In this document: positions 1 to 9,445 of the stretch, piece by piece
Position numbering within the stretch: position 1 is the first letter of the stretch
Layout: each line of letters starts with the position of its first letter
Source: Acaryochloridaceae cyanobacterium VAR_48_metabat_390
GTDB lineage: Bacteria > Cyanobacteriota > Cyanobacteriia > Thermosynechococcales > Thermosynechococcaceae
DNA length: 20,321 bases
Reading direction: 5' to 3'
Assembly (NCBI GenBank): GCA_031422435.1
Contig: JANPLU010000130.1
Span: 1 to 20,321, forward strand
The notes under the pieces: model-generated
Told to the model about the DNA's origin: nothing
The model's input: only the letters and a program-made list of their open reading frames with translations
The model's database searches: none
Translations under genes and position numbers: made by a program

Positions 1-2
1 CC

Positions 3-275
3 GCAGCCCCAAAATCTCCCCCCGTTAGCGCTTGGTCTGCACCAGAATCGATCGATCTTACAGGGCCGCTGGCGTGCTATCGAGAATTGGCAACCATCCG
101 CATGACAACCTCGCGTATTCGCCTAGAAGCCAAGCCATTACAGCCTACTCCGCCAAAAAGTACGCCAATTCTTCCGTCTGCGCCCATCATCTCCCGAAAA
201 GCCGACACTCAGAATTCAGCCGTAGCTTCAGCCATCAAGGTGGAGCTCCCCAACTTTACAAAAACGTCTGCTTAG
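3..275 (+). CDS. 3' end of a hypothetical protein (5' truncated by window edge), Pro/Ser-rich low-complexity tail
   Basis: Frame starting at base 3 is open to TAG at 273-275 (AAPKSPPVSAWSAPESIDL...IKVELPNFTKTSA*); the 87..275 ORF is its tail. Confidence 0.55.
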   Translation, partial: AAPKSPPVSAWSAPESIDLTGPLACYRELATIRMTTSRIRLEAKPLQPTPPKSTPILPSAPIISRKADTQNSAVASAIKVELPNFTKTSA

Positions 276-544
276 CGCAGTTCATTTTGGAATTTAGAAT
301 CTACTAGCGCTCTGGCCTGATGTCGCTTCTTTGGGGTAGACTTACACCCTATGGGATTGCTGACAGAATGGCAAAAGTCCTATGGTGCCGCGTGTTATGG
401 CTGTTAGGGTTAGGGCTTTGTAATCCATTGCGAAGCTAATTTAACCCAGCGTTGTCTTAGATCTAAAACACTAAAGCAACCATTTCATCTATTTTGCCAT
501 CGGTGGCCTAAACATACCCGATCCTCAAAAAGGTTCTTTCTCTT

Positions 545-2443
545 ATGTGTGGAATTGTTGGCTACATTGGCCCCCAGCAGGCAAGTCAGATTTTACTCTC
601 TGGCCTGCAAAAGCTTGAGTATCGTGGGTACGATTCAGCAGGCATTGCTGCACTTTGGGAAGGCAATTTACACTGCATTCGTGCTAAAGGCAAGCTCCAC
701 AACCTAGCGGATAAGCTCGAAAACTGGGAATATCCAGCTTCTGTCGGGATCGGTCACACTCGCTGGGCAACCCACGGTAAGCCAGAAGAGTACAATGCCC
801 ATCCCCACCGTGATGAAACAGAGCGGCTGGCGGTGGTTCAAAACGGCATTATCGAAAACTATCGAGAGTTAAGAGAAGCCCTTAGGAAAAAGGGCTATAC
901 CTTTCGTTCAGAGACGGATACAGAAGTTATTCCCCATCTCATTGCAGATCGCCTTAAAGCTTTACAACCTCAGGATGTGCCCCAAGGCAGCTCACTTTTC
1001 TTGGAATCTGTGCGACAAACGGTGAATGAGCTTCAGGGAGCCTTTGCGATCGCCGTTATTTCTGCCGACTTCCCCAACGAAATTATTGTCGCCCGTCAGC
1101 AGGCTCCCCTTGTGATTGGCTATGGCAAGGGCGAATATTTTTGTGCGTCTGACACTCCTGCGCTGATTCCCTATACTCAGGTCATTTTGCCCCTTGATAA
1201 CGGCGAAATTGCGCGACTAAGCTATGACGGCGTGCAGGTGTTTAACTTTAGTGGCGATCGCCTTCGTAAAACCCCCAGAACCCTGAACTGGAACCCCGTT
1301 ATGGTTGAAAAACAGGGGTTCAAACATTTCATGCTCAAAGAAATCTATGAGCAGCCTGGAGTAGTGCGCACCTGTTTAGAAACTTACTTAGATGAATCTT
1401 GGCACAGTGACACAGTCAATAGCCCCGTGCGGCTCAACCTACCCCCAGCGCTGTACGCTGACCTAGAGCATATCCACATTTTGGCCTGCGGCACCAGTTG
1501 GCACGCCAGCTTGGTTGGTAAGTACCTTCTAGAGCAGGTGGCAGGAATCCCGACGCAGGTGCATTACGCTTCTGAGTTTCGCTACGCCCCCTCACCGCTT
1601 ACCCCTAACACCCTCACCATTGGGGTCACGCAATCGGGAGAAACCGCCGACACCTTAGCGGCATTAGAGCTAGAAAAACAGCGTCGTTCTACTAAAACCG
1701 ATGCCTATCGCCCTCGCCTACTGGGGATTACAAACCGAACCGAAAGCTCCCTAGGGCGCATTGTGCCCAATTTGATTGATACCCATGCGGGGATTGAAAT
1801 TGGAGTTGCCGCCACTAAAACCTTTATTGCCCAGCTCATTGCGTTTTATCTGCTGGCGCTAGATTTAGCCCACTATCGTAAAACCCTCACGCCAGACCGA
1901 ATGAGCGAAATTCTGGATGGCTTACGGCAGCTTCCGGCGCTAGTCGAGCAGGTCTTAGAAATTCAAGAGCGCTATGTTGAAACGTTAGCCCATAACTTTC
2001 TAGACACCCACGACTTTATTTTTCTAGGGCGCGGCATTAACTTCCCGATCGCCCTAGAAGGGGCACTCAAGCTTAAAGAAATTAGCTACATTCACGCCGA
2101 AGGCTACCCCGCTGGGGAAATGAAGCATGGCCCCATTGCGCTCCTGGATGCAAAAGTACCCGTGGTGGCGATCGCCATGCCAGGAACCGTCTTTGAGAAA
2201 GTGCTGTCCAACGCGCAAGAAGCTCGCGCCCGTGATGCCCAGCTTATCGGGGTGACGCCCATGAACGAACAAGAAGCCCAAGAAACCTTTGATACCCTCT
2301 TGCCTGTTCCTGAAATTGATGAGCTTCTGTCCCCTGTCTTAACCGTCATTCCACTCCAGCTCTTGGCCTACCACATTGCCGCACTGCGAGGGCTAGACGT
2401 CGATCAACCTAGGAACCTCGCAAAATCTGTGACGGTAGAATAG
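545..2443 (+). CDS. glmS: Glutamine--fructose-6-phosphate transaminase (isomerizing)
   Basis: MCGIVG N-terminus with catalytic Cys, EYRGYDSAG, GHTRWATHG, SETDTE, QSGETADT, GEMKHGP, C-terminal PRNLAKSVTVE. Confidence 0.98.
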   Translation: MCGIVGYIGPQQASQILLSGLQKLEYRGYDSAGIAALWEGNLHCIRAKGKLHNLADKLENWEYPASVGIGHTRWATHGKPEEYNAHPHRDETERLAVVQNGIIENYRELREALRKKGYTFRSETDTEVIPHLIADRLKALQPQDVPQGSSLFLESVRQTVNELQGAFAIAVISADFPNEIIVARQQAPLVIGYGKGEYFCASDTPALIPYTQVILPLDNGEIARLSYDGVQVFNFSGDRLRKTPRTLNWNPVMVEKQGFKHFMLKEIYEQPGVVRTCLETYLDESWHSDTVNSPVRLNLPPALYADLEHIHILACGTSWHASLVGKYLLEQVAGIPTQVHYASEFRYAPSPLTPNTLTIGVTQSGETADTLAALELEKQRRSTKTDAYRPRLLGITNRTESSLGRIVPNLIDTHAGIEIGVAATKTFIAQLIAFYLLALDLAHYRKTLTPDRMSEILDGLRQLPALVEQVLEIQERYVETLAHNFLDTHDFIFLGRGINFPIALEGALKLKEISYIHAEGYPAGEMKHGPIALLDAKVPVVAIAMPGTVFEKVLSNAQEARARDAQLIGVTPMNEQEAQETFDTLLPVPEIDELLSPVLTVIPLQLLAYHIAALRGLDVDQPRNLAKSVTVE

Positions 2444-2457
2444 CTGTTTAAAACAAT

Positions 2458-2485
2458 TAATGCGTCGCTGTGACACGACGCATTA
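2458..2485. terminator. Hairpin between convergent glmS and petJ, probable bidirectional terminator
   Basis: Perfect 10-bp arms TAATGCGTCG / CGACGCATTA with 8-nt loop, 14 bp after the glmS stop; U-tracts are weak. Confidence 0.65.
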
Positions 2486-2519
2486 GCTTAACGGTCTAGA
2501 CCTCTAAGAATAATTTTTC

Positions 2520-2858
2520 TTAGCTAGCCCAGCCTTTATCTGCTTGTGCCAAAACATAAGCGGCTACATTAGCAATATCATCTGCGCCCAAACGACCGCC
2601 AAAGGCAGGCATTGCATTTTTGCCATTGGTAACTTGGGTTGTAATTGCTTCAGAAGAATACATCGCAAACTGCTCTAAGGCCTCTTTTTTGAGGGTCTTA
2701 TTCGCCATCACAACATTGTTACCGCCCATGTGGCAAGCAGCGCAATTCGCGCTAAATACCTTTGCACCTAGTGCAGCATCCGCTGCAAAGGCAGGACTAC
2801 TTAAGGCTAGTGTCAAAAACGAAACTGCCAAGAGAATGACAGACAATAGCTTTTTCAA
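2520..2858 (-). CDS. petJ: Cytochrome c6
   Basis: Signal peptide ending PAFA-A, CAACH heme motif, GKNAMPAFG with axial Met. Start moved to TTG at 2858 because GGAGGAG (2865-2871) lies 6 nt upstream. Confidence 0.95.
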   Translation of the reverse strand: MKKLLSVILLAVSFLTLALSSPAFAADAALGAKVFSANCAACHMGGNNVVMANKTLKKEALEQFAMYSSEAITTQVTNGKNAMPAFGGRLGADDIANVAAYVLAQADKGWAS

Positions 2859-3031
2859 CGGGTTCTCCTCCAAAAAAAATGCGACAGCGATTTAATAATG
2901 TACGTTCTCAACGGGATATTTTAATAAAGGATAAAATCCTAAAATAAGCCTGAGAAAGCAACATACTCCTATTTTAGGATGCTCTACATCAGGTTTTGAC
3001 GTACAGCTCCACAACGTTTTAGTTACAGTTC

Positions 3032-3526
3032 TTAAAACTTTTCAGTTCCCCAGCCTGGCGCAACTTCTGCTGCCCTTAAGACAAAAGCCGCTAGATTCTC
3101 TAGTTCTCCGGTTGTTAACCAGCGCTCAGACACCTCTCGACATCCAAACCCAAAGTCTTGACCGTCATAGGTGAGTGGTTCACGCTGAAATGCGACTAAA
3201 GCGCCAATGGTGTTACGGGGAGGCGTTGCACCCTTAAGATCTTCTAAAGACAGAGATACCAAAGGATTGGGCAACGTTGCACCTCCCACATGACAACTTT
3301 TACAGTTCTCTTCAAATAGATGCTTACCAACGGACAGGTCGTCCGCCGTAAAAGAGCGAGATTCACCGTTTTGATTGAGGAGTAAACTAATTGGCTCAGA
3401 AGCTTTGAGATAGCGCAGCACATAGGGGTCAATCTCTGCTGCTTGAGCAACGTCCGGCGTTTTTAGCACGCTGAGCATCAGCAGCACGATTACCCCAAGC
3501 CAGCGTAAGCAAACGGACTTTAGCAT
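3032..3526 (-). CDS. psbV2: Cytochrome c550-like protein PsbV2
   Basis: Signal peptide (AQA-A), IDPYVLRYL, CKSCHVGGATLPNP, GC motif (FGCREVS) in place of the PsbV His ligand, RAAEVAPGWG end; sits between psbV and petJ. ATG at 3526 chosen as start (uncertain). Confidence 0.9.
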   Translation of the reverse strand: MLKSVCLRWLGVIVLLMLSVLKTPDVAQAAEIDPYVLRYLKASEPISLLLNQNGESRSFTADDLSVGKHLFEENCKSCHVGGATLPNPLVSLSLEDLKGATPPRNTIGALVAFQREPLTYDGQDFGFGCREVSERWLTTGELENLAAFVLRAAEVAPGWGTEKF

Positions 3527-3601
3527 TGTTTTATCTAAAACCAATGTATTTACAACTCGCCAAGGGGTAAACGGATAAGACCATCAATGGACGTAACGAG
3601 C

Positions 3602-4096
3602 TTAGTAGTAAATTTTACCGCCGCCCCATTTGTCGCCCAAGATCTTAGGCTGCACCAAAACGTAGCCGCCAATCGCCACAAGCTGGTCTTCGCTCAAGTT
3701 ACGCATCTTAGGAAAGATGTCAGAACTTTTAAGGCTAGGGTGAATTTCGGCAATAGACTCCTCACCATCATAGGTTGTGGGGTCTTTCATGTAGTTCACC
3801 AGGCTTTCAACGTTGTCGCGTCGAGGGCTAGCAAGGGCTAAGGTTTCAGGCTCTAGACCAACGCTTGGGTTGGTTTTGGTCACGCCACCGACATGACAAC
3901 TGGCGCAAGCTGCATCAAATAGCTTACGACCATCATCAAACTGTTTACGAGTGAGGGTAATGGTGTCTCCACTCTCATTCAAAGCCACTGTTCGGGTAAG
4001 CGCATCGAGTTCTGCCGCTTGAGCAACGCCCGTCCAGAGCGAGAATGTAAAGAATACTGCGGCCGCCACCACTAGCCCAAAGTATCGTCTCAACAT
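3602..4096 (-). CDS. psbV: Photosystem II cytochrome c550
   Basis: CASCHVGGVTKTNP, PTTYDG, EIHPS axial His, KWGGGKIYY C-terminus; AAGGAG Shine-Dalgarno upstream. Confidence 0.97.
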   Translation of the reverse strand: MLRRYFGLVVAAAVFFTFSLWTGVAQAAELDALTRTVALNESGDTITLTRKQFDDGRKLFDAACASCHVGGVTKTNPSVGLEPETLALASPRRDNVESLVNYMKDPTTYDGEESIAEIHPSLKSSDIFPKMRNLSEDQLVAIGGYVLVQPKILGDKWGGGKIYY

Positions 4097-4378
4097 AGTT
4101 CTCCTTTCAATTTCCTCAGTGAATCAAGCTCTCAACACAGACTTAAGAGTTTGTTAGATCGTAAATCTAACAAGGATGCACACGCGCACTTTTAAAAGTG
4201 GGTACCGTGGTTAGCAGCCATCGGTTTCAACGTCATTGCTTCCCCTAATATCATGCCATTGTGAGGGATGTTTCCTAAAAAGACCGATATTAAAAAGTAA
4301 ACTGCAATGCAGGCTCAAAAGTCTAGGATGACGCTATGACAGGCATTATCTCCATTGAGCTTAGGTTGTACTGTTTCT

Positions 4379-5254
4379 TTAAGCGAGGGCGACAAGACTA
4401 GGCTGGTGTAGCAAAATGAGCCGCGCAAGGGCTGCTTTAAGCTGAGTTCGAGGCACAATCGCATCCACAAAGCCGTGTTCGAGCAGATATTCTGAGGTTT
4501 GGAAATTTTCCGGCAGCTTTTCGCGAAGGGTTTGCTCAACTACACGCCGACCCGCAAACCCAATGGTGGCCTTTGGCTCTGCCAGAATAATGTCACCCAG
4601 CATGGCAAAGCTGGCGGTCACACCCCCCATGGTGGGATGGGTCAACAGCGGGATGTAGAGCAGGTGCTGATCTCGGTGACGGTCAAGGGCGGCGGAAATT
4701 TTTGCCATCTGCATGAGGCTCATTAAGCCTTCCTGCATTCTGGCTCCACCAGAGGCACAAACGATGATGACAGGGATGCTGTGCTGGGTGGCAAATTCAA
4801 TGAGGCGAACGAGCTTTTCGCCCACAACTGAACCCATGCTGCCGCCCATAAAGCTAAAGTCCATAACGCCCAAGGCGATGGGGAGTCCACTGAGTTTACC
4901 AACGCCCGTCTGTACGGCGTCTGTCAGTCCGGTTTTGTCTTGATAGTCTTTGAGGCGATCGCCATAGAGTTTACGATCACGAAACTTGAGCGGATCGCAG
5001 GAGGCTAGGTGCTCATCCATCGGCGACCATGTGCCGCTGTCGATGAGCTGAGCAATGCGCATATGGCTGTTAATGCGAATGTGATGACCGCACTCTACGC
5101 ACACCATTTGATTGGCCTTGAGGTCTTTGGTGTAGGTCAAAACACCACAGGACTCGCACTTAGTCCACAGCCCATCCGCAATTTCTCGCTCTGGTTGAGC
5201 TTGGGACGCGGGTGCCGTTTTTTGACGATTTGCAAACCAGTCTAGTAGAGACAT
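4379..5254 (-). CDS. accD: Acetyl-CoA carboxylase carboxyltransferase beta subunit
   Basis: C4 zinc finger CESC...[37 protein letters not shown]. Confidence 0.98.
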   Translation of the reverse strand: MSLLDWFANRQKTAPASQAQPEREIADGLWTKCESCGVLTYTKDLKANQMVCVECGHHIRINSHMRIAQLIDSGTWSPMDEHLASCDPLKFRDRKLYGDRLKDYQDKTGLTDAVQTGVGKLSGLPIALGVMDFSFMGGSMGSVVGEKLVRLIEFATQHSIPVIIVCASGGARMQEGLMSLMQMAKISAALDRHRDQHLLYIPLLTHPTMGGVTASFAMLGDIILAEPKATIGFAGRRVVEQTLREKLPENFQTSEYLLEHGFVDAIVPRTQLKAALARLILLHQPSLVALA

Positions 5255-5494
5255 TGACCTATCGGGTTCCTTTGTTTTGGCCTGATTAGAATTATTGTAA
5301 GGTCTTGAGGAAGCTCTTTAGTACGGCGCAGCATACAGTCTGCAATCTGGTGGGGTGTGGCGATACATTAGCCTTTAGATTAAGACTTGAAAAATTTAAA
5401 AAGAAGCGCCTTTAGATAAAAATCATTCTAAAGACTTGGGCACCCTAACACATAGAGATGGTTAGATCGAGTTTAGGGGTTCCATATAACTGCC

Positions 5495-5674
5495 ATGTTT
5501 CAACACATTTTTGACAAAGACTTTCCCTTTTGGGATTTTTTGAATCAGCCTGTCTTTGATGCAGAGATTCAGTTCCTGGGTCCATCTGAGTTTCAGAAGC
5601 AGCATCGGGTAGAGCGACTAGAACGCTGCCTGAGTTTAACCTGCCAAGATCGCGATAAGTATCCTTTCCCCTAA
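5495..5674 (+). CDS. Small hypothetical protein, 59 aa (absent from the ORF track)
   Basis: ATG 5495 to TAA 5672-5674, hand-translated MFQHIFDKDFPFWDFLNQPVFDAEIQFLGPSEFQKQHRVERLERCLSLTCQDRDKYPFP; fills the 640-bp accD-sir gap. Confidence 0.6.
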   Translation: MFQHIFDKDFPFWDFLNQPVFDAEIQFLGPSEFQKQHRVERLERCLSLTCQDRDKYPFP

Positions 5675-5820
5675 ACTGCGGAGATTAGTGATGTAGCAGC
5701 AGCCTATAGCTCAGAGTTAAGGGTGGATCAGGTTTAAGCGCATTGTTGAGACGGCTTTACATTTCGTTTCGTCCCAACTTCGGGATCCTTGTAAAATGAT
5801 ATAGTGAATACCAACAACAC

Positions 5821-5845
5821 TATTCCGAGCGGACTACCGGACTTA
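5821..5845 (+). promoter_or_regulatory. Candidate Rrf2-family (IscR/CymR-like) operator upstream of sir
   Basis: 25-nt imperfect dyad TATTCCGAGCGGACTACCGGACTTA, downstream of a TAAAAT -10 candidate (5792-5797) and 50 nt before the sir ATG. Confidence 0.4.
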
Positions 5846-5895
5846 ATGTCCTGTGATCCAGCGTCACTTCAATCTTCATCCCTACACTTGTCCTC

Positions 5896-7836
5896 ATGGT
5901 TAACACGCTACCCGCTATCCCTGTCCCCGCAAAGCGCTCTAAGGTTGAAGGTCTTAAAGAAAAAAGCAACTATCTGCGTGAGCCTGTTGTCAGCGAACTT
6001 AAGCTTGACACCAAATACTTCAGCGAAGATGCCATTCAGATCCTGAAGTTCCACGGCTCTTATCAGCAAGACAACCGAGACAATCGGGTCAAAGGTCAAG
6101 AGAAAGACTACTCGATGATGCTGCGTACCCGCAGCCCAGGGGGGTATATTCCGCCGGAGCTGTATTTAACGCTAGATCGGCTCTCAGATACCTACGGCAA
6201 CGGAACCCTGCGCGCAACGACCCGCCAAGGGTTTCAGCTTCACGGCATCCTCAAGCGTAATCTGAAGGCCAGCATTACTGAAATTGTCCACAGTATGGGT
6301 TCAACTTTAGGAGCCTGCGGCGACCTAAATCGGAACGTGATGGCTCCGCCTGCACCCTACCAAAACCGTCCTGAGTACCAGTATGCGCTGGACTACGCCA
6401 ATCGCATTGCCGACTTATTAACGCCGCAGTCTGGCGCATATTACGAAATCTGGCTAGATGGCGAAAAGGCAATCTCTGGCGAGGAGCATCCAGAAGTGAA
6501 AATAGCGCGTTTGCGCAATATTCACCACAGCAACTTATCGAGTCCTAAAGAGCCGATTTACGGAGAGCAGTACATGCCCCGTAAATTTAAGATTGCGGTG
6601 ACGGTTCCGGGCGACAATTCTGTGGATGTGTATACCCAGGATGTCAGCCTCATTGTGATGACGAATTCTGAGGGTGAGCTAGAAGGCTTTAATGTTCTGG
6701 CAGGCGGCGGTTTGGGGCGCACTCACAATAAAGAAGAAACCTTTGTCAGAGCAGCAGACCCTTTGGGCTATGTGGACAAGGACAGCGTCTACGATTTGGT
6801 GAAGGCCATTGTGGCGACCCAGCGAGACTACGGCGATCGCACCCAACGGCGACATGCCCGCATGAAGTATCTCGTCAATGACTGGGGCTTAGAAAAATTT
6901 CGGCAAACTGTCGAGAAATATTTTGGCAGATCTATCTTGCCCTACAAACCACTGCCAGAGTTCCGGTATGAAGACTTTTTAGGCTGGCATGAGCAGGGCG
7001 ACGGCAAACTGTTTTTAGGGATTTCCGTTGAGAATGGGCGGGTTAAAGACGAGGGTGGCTTTCGGCTCAAGACAGCGCTTAAAACCTTGGTGGAGAAGTT
7101 TGCACTCCCTATCCTGCTCACGCCCCACCAAAACGTACTGTTCTACGATATTCAGCCTTCGCAACGGGCTGAAATTGACCAGATTTTGCAGACCTGCGGC
7201 ATTAAGCCCGTTGAGACTATTGACCCTATGGTGCGTTACGCCATGGCTTGCCCTGCGTTGCCAACCTGCGGATTAGCTGTGACAGAATCAGAACGGGTAA
7301 TTCCTGCAGTGTTGGATCGGATTCGGGCGTTGCTTAATCGTGTGGGGCTAGAGCAAGACCACTTTGTCGTGCGGATGACGGGATGCCCCAACGGGTGCGC
7401 CCGACCCTACATGGCTGAACTGGGTTTTGTGGGCATTACGCCAGAAACCTATCAGGTCTGGCTCGGCAGTAGCCCTGCTCAAACACGACTGGCTGAGGTT
7501 TATACAGAGAAGCTGCCCATTGCTGATCTGGAGACTTTTTTGGAGCCGCTGCTGGTCTTTTTCAAGGAAACCAGAGCGGACAGTGATGCGCCAGAAAGCT
7601 TTGGTGATTTTTGCCATCGGGTTGGGTTTGAAGCACTCCGAAATTATGCACAAACCTACGTTCCGGCAGCGGCAAAGGCCAATTCTGAGCGCCATCGTCT
7701 GCGCTATCGCGTGAACCTCAAACCTTCAGTGTTTGAAGATCTCAAGCAGGCATCGCAAGATCAGGGACGAACCTTGGCAGATATTGCGTCCGATGCCATT
7801 GGTGCATATCTTAAACAATCCCAACCTGGACGATAG
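5896..7836 (+). CDS. sir: Ferredoxin-dependent sulfite reductase
   Basis: [36 protein letters not shown], siroheme/4Fe-4S ligands CPALPTC and GCPNGC. Confidence 0.97.
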   Translation: MVNTLPAIPVPAKRSKVEGLKEKSNYLREPVVSELKLDTKYFSEDAIQILKFHGSYQQDNRDNRVKGQEKDYSMMLRTRSPGGYIPPELYLTLDRLSDTYGNGTLRATTRQGFQLHGILKRNLKASITEIVHSMGSTLGACGDLNRNVMAPPAPYQNRPEYQYALDYANRIADLLTPQSGAYYEIWLDGEKAISGEEHPEVKIARLRNIHHSNLSSPKEPIYGEQYMPRKFKIAVTVPGDNSVDVYTQDVSLIVMTNSEGELEGFNVLAGGGLGRTHNKEETFVRAADPLGYVDKDSVYDLVKAIVATQRDYGDRTQRRHARMKYLVNDWGLEKFRQTVEKYFGRSILPYKPLPEFRYEDFLGWHEQGDGKLFLGISVENGRVKDEGGFRLKTALKTLVEKFALPILLTPHQNVLFYDIQPSQRAEIDQILQTCGIKPVETIDPMVRYAMACPALPTCGLAVTESERVIPAVLDRIRALLNRVGLEQDHFVVRMTGCPNGCARPYMAELGFVGITPETYQVWLGSSPAQTRLAEVYTEKLPIADLETFLEPLLVFFKETRADSDAPESFGDFCHRVGFEALRNYAQTYVPAAAKANSERHRLRYRVNLKPSVFEDLKQASQDQGRTLADIASDAIGAYLKQSQPGR

Positions 7837-7857
7837 CGTCTTAAGCGGCTTCACGCT

Positions 7858-9081
7858 ATGAAAATTATCGTGATTGGAGGTGGAGCCGCTGGCTTTTTTG
7901 GGGCGATCGCCGCTGCCGAGGCCAGTCTACATGCTCAGGTAACGCTACTGGAAGCCAGCCCACAGGTACTCGCAAAAGTGCGGGTTTCGGGTGGGGGACG
8001 CTGCAATGTAACCCATGCCTGCTTTGACCCAACGGCGTTAGTGCAGCACTATCCTCGCGGGGGTAAGGCATTACGCGGGTCACTGACGCAATTTCAGCCC
8101 CAAGATACGGTGGCGTGGTTTAAGTCGCGGGGGGTGGTGCTTAAAACCGAAAGCGATGGTCGCATGTTTCCAATCACCGATGATTCGGAAACGATTGTGA
8201 ACTGCCTGGTACGTAGCGCTCAACGGGCAGGGGTTCAGGTGGTGACGGGGGCGGCAGTCACGGAGGTTGTTTCCTCGACTGCTGGGTTTACCGTGCAGCT
8301 CAAGAGCGGCAAGATAATGGGGGGCGATCGCATTCTCATTGCTACAGGCAGTCATCCTTTGGGCTATCGCTTGGCGGAAAGTTTGGGACATCAGCTTGTG
8401 CCGCCAGTCCCTTCGCTATTTACGTTTAATATTAAGGACGCTCGGTTGACGGAGTTGGCGGGGGTAGCGGTACCTTTGGTGCAGGTAAAGCTGCTGGTGG
8501 AGGGTCAAAAGCCTCTAGAGCAAGAAGGGCCACTGTTAATAACCCATTGGGGTGTGAGCGGGCCTGCGGTGCTAAAGCTTTCGGCTTGGGGTGCGCGGTT
8601 GCTTCATGATGTACGGTATCAGGCTGCAATTCAGATCAACTGGCTACCTACGCTAAAATCTGAGGAATTGAAAGACCTGCTCTTGAAGACGAAGGAGGAA
8701 TGGGTGAGAAAGGCGATCGCCAAGCATTGCCCCGTCACGTTACCCCAACGGCTGTGGCAGCGATTAGTCGAGTCTGTGGGGATTAATTCTGAACTCCGCT
8801 GGGCTGATCTTTCCAAAAAGGCGCTGAATCTACTGCTATTGGAGTTGACCCAAGGGCAGTTTGCCATTCAGGGTAAAGGAATTTTTAAGGATGAGTTTGT
8901 GACCTGCGGCGGCATTCCTCTAACGGAGGTTAACTTTAAGACTATGGAGAGCCGCTGTTGCCTAGGGCTATATTTTGCAGGTGAAATTTTAGATGTGGAT
9001 GGCGTAACAGGCGGGTTTAACTTTCAAAATGCTTGGACGACGGGCTGGATAGCAGGACAGGCTATGGGAGAGGAATCTTAG
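7858..9081 (+). CDS. NAD(P)/FAD-dependent oxidoreductase, HI0933/BaiN/YhiN family
   Basis: IGGGAAG Rossmann motif, KVRVSGGGRCNVT, LITHWGVSGPAVL, VTCGG, GEILDVDGVTGGFNFQNAW; 21 bp downstream of sir, likely co-transcribed. Confidence 0.92.
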   Translation: MKIIVIGGGAAGFFGAIAAAEASLHAQVTLLEASPQVLAKVRVSGGGRCNVTHACFDPTALVQHYPRGGKALRGSLTQFQPQDTVAWFKSRGVVLKTESDGRMFPITDDSETIVNCLVRSAQRAGVQVVTGAAVTEVVSSTAGFTVQLKSGKIMGGDRILIATGSHPLGYRLAESLGHQLVPPVPSLFTFNIKDARLTELAGVAVPLVQVKLLVEGQKPLEQEGPLLITHWGVSGPAVLKLSAWGARLLHDVRYQAAIQINWLPTLKSEELKDLLLKTKEEWVRKAIAKHCPVTLPQRLWQRLVESVGINSELRWADLSKKALNLLLLELTQGQFAIQGKGIFKDEFVTCGGIPLTEVNFKTMESRCCLGLYFAGEILDVDGVTGGFNFQNAWTTGWIAGQAMGEES

Positions 9082-9135
9082 TGATGCAGAAAACAACTTT
9101 TTAGGTTTTGCATAAAGTAATCATTTTGACTCTAA

Positions 9136-9246
9136 GAGGATGTCTGAGAAGTCGAACTCAATGGCTAAAAAGCTGATTCTATTGTTGAGTGGCAAGTGTC
9201 AAAACCCTTATTGTTCCGTCACGAGCTACCCTTTTCAGACATCCTC
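9136..9246. mobile_element. MITE, 111 bp, with IS5-family (IS1031-group-like) ends
   Basis: TIRs GAGGATGTCTGAGAAG (9136-9151) and CTTTTCAGACATCCTC (9231-9246), 15/16 match; TAA direct repeat on both flanks (9133-9135, 9247-9249); no transposase. Confidence 0.8.
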
Positions 9247-9445
9247 TAAGCAAGGCTCGGAGTCCTCTATTTTAGGTTAACCATCAGTCAAGTTCTCAAT
9301 AAGTTTTTTTATAAGATTTTTATCTACATATGGGTTTAACGAGTTTTTCGTACCACCAAGTAGTACATGCTAAGGTCTTCACATGAAGATACCTAGCTCA
9401 TCTCACAGAAGACAATTTTATTATCTTCAATACTTAGGATCAAAT

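Noticed and set aside
300..544. glmS ribozyme in the glmS leader
   Set aside because: The conserved core (AGCGCC...GACGAGG) is not present; this ribozyme is mainly found in Gram-positive bacteria
5804..6046. 80-aa ORF overlapping the sir start, and the other short alternative-frame ORFs in the track
   Set aside because: They overlap or lie antisense to well-supported genes and show no recognisable motifs; treated as shadow ORFs
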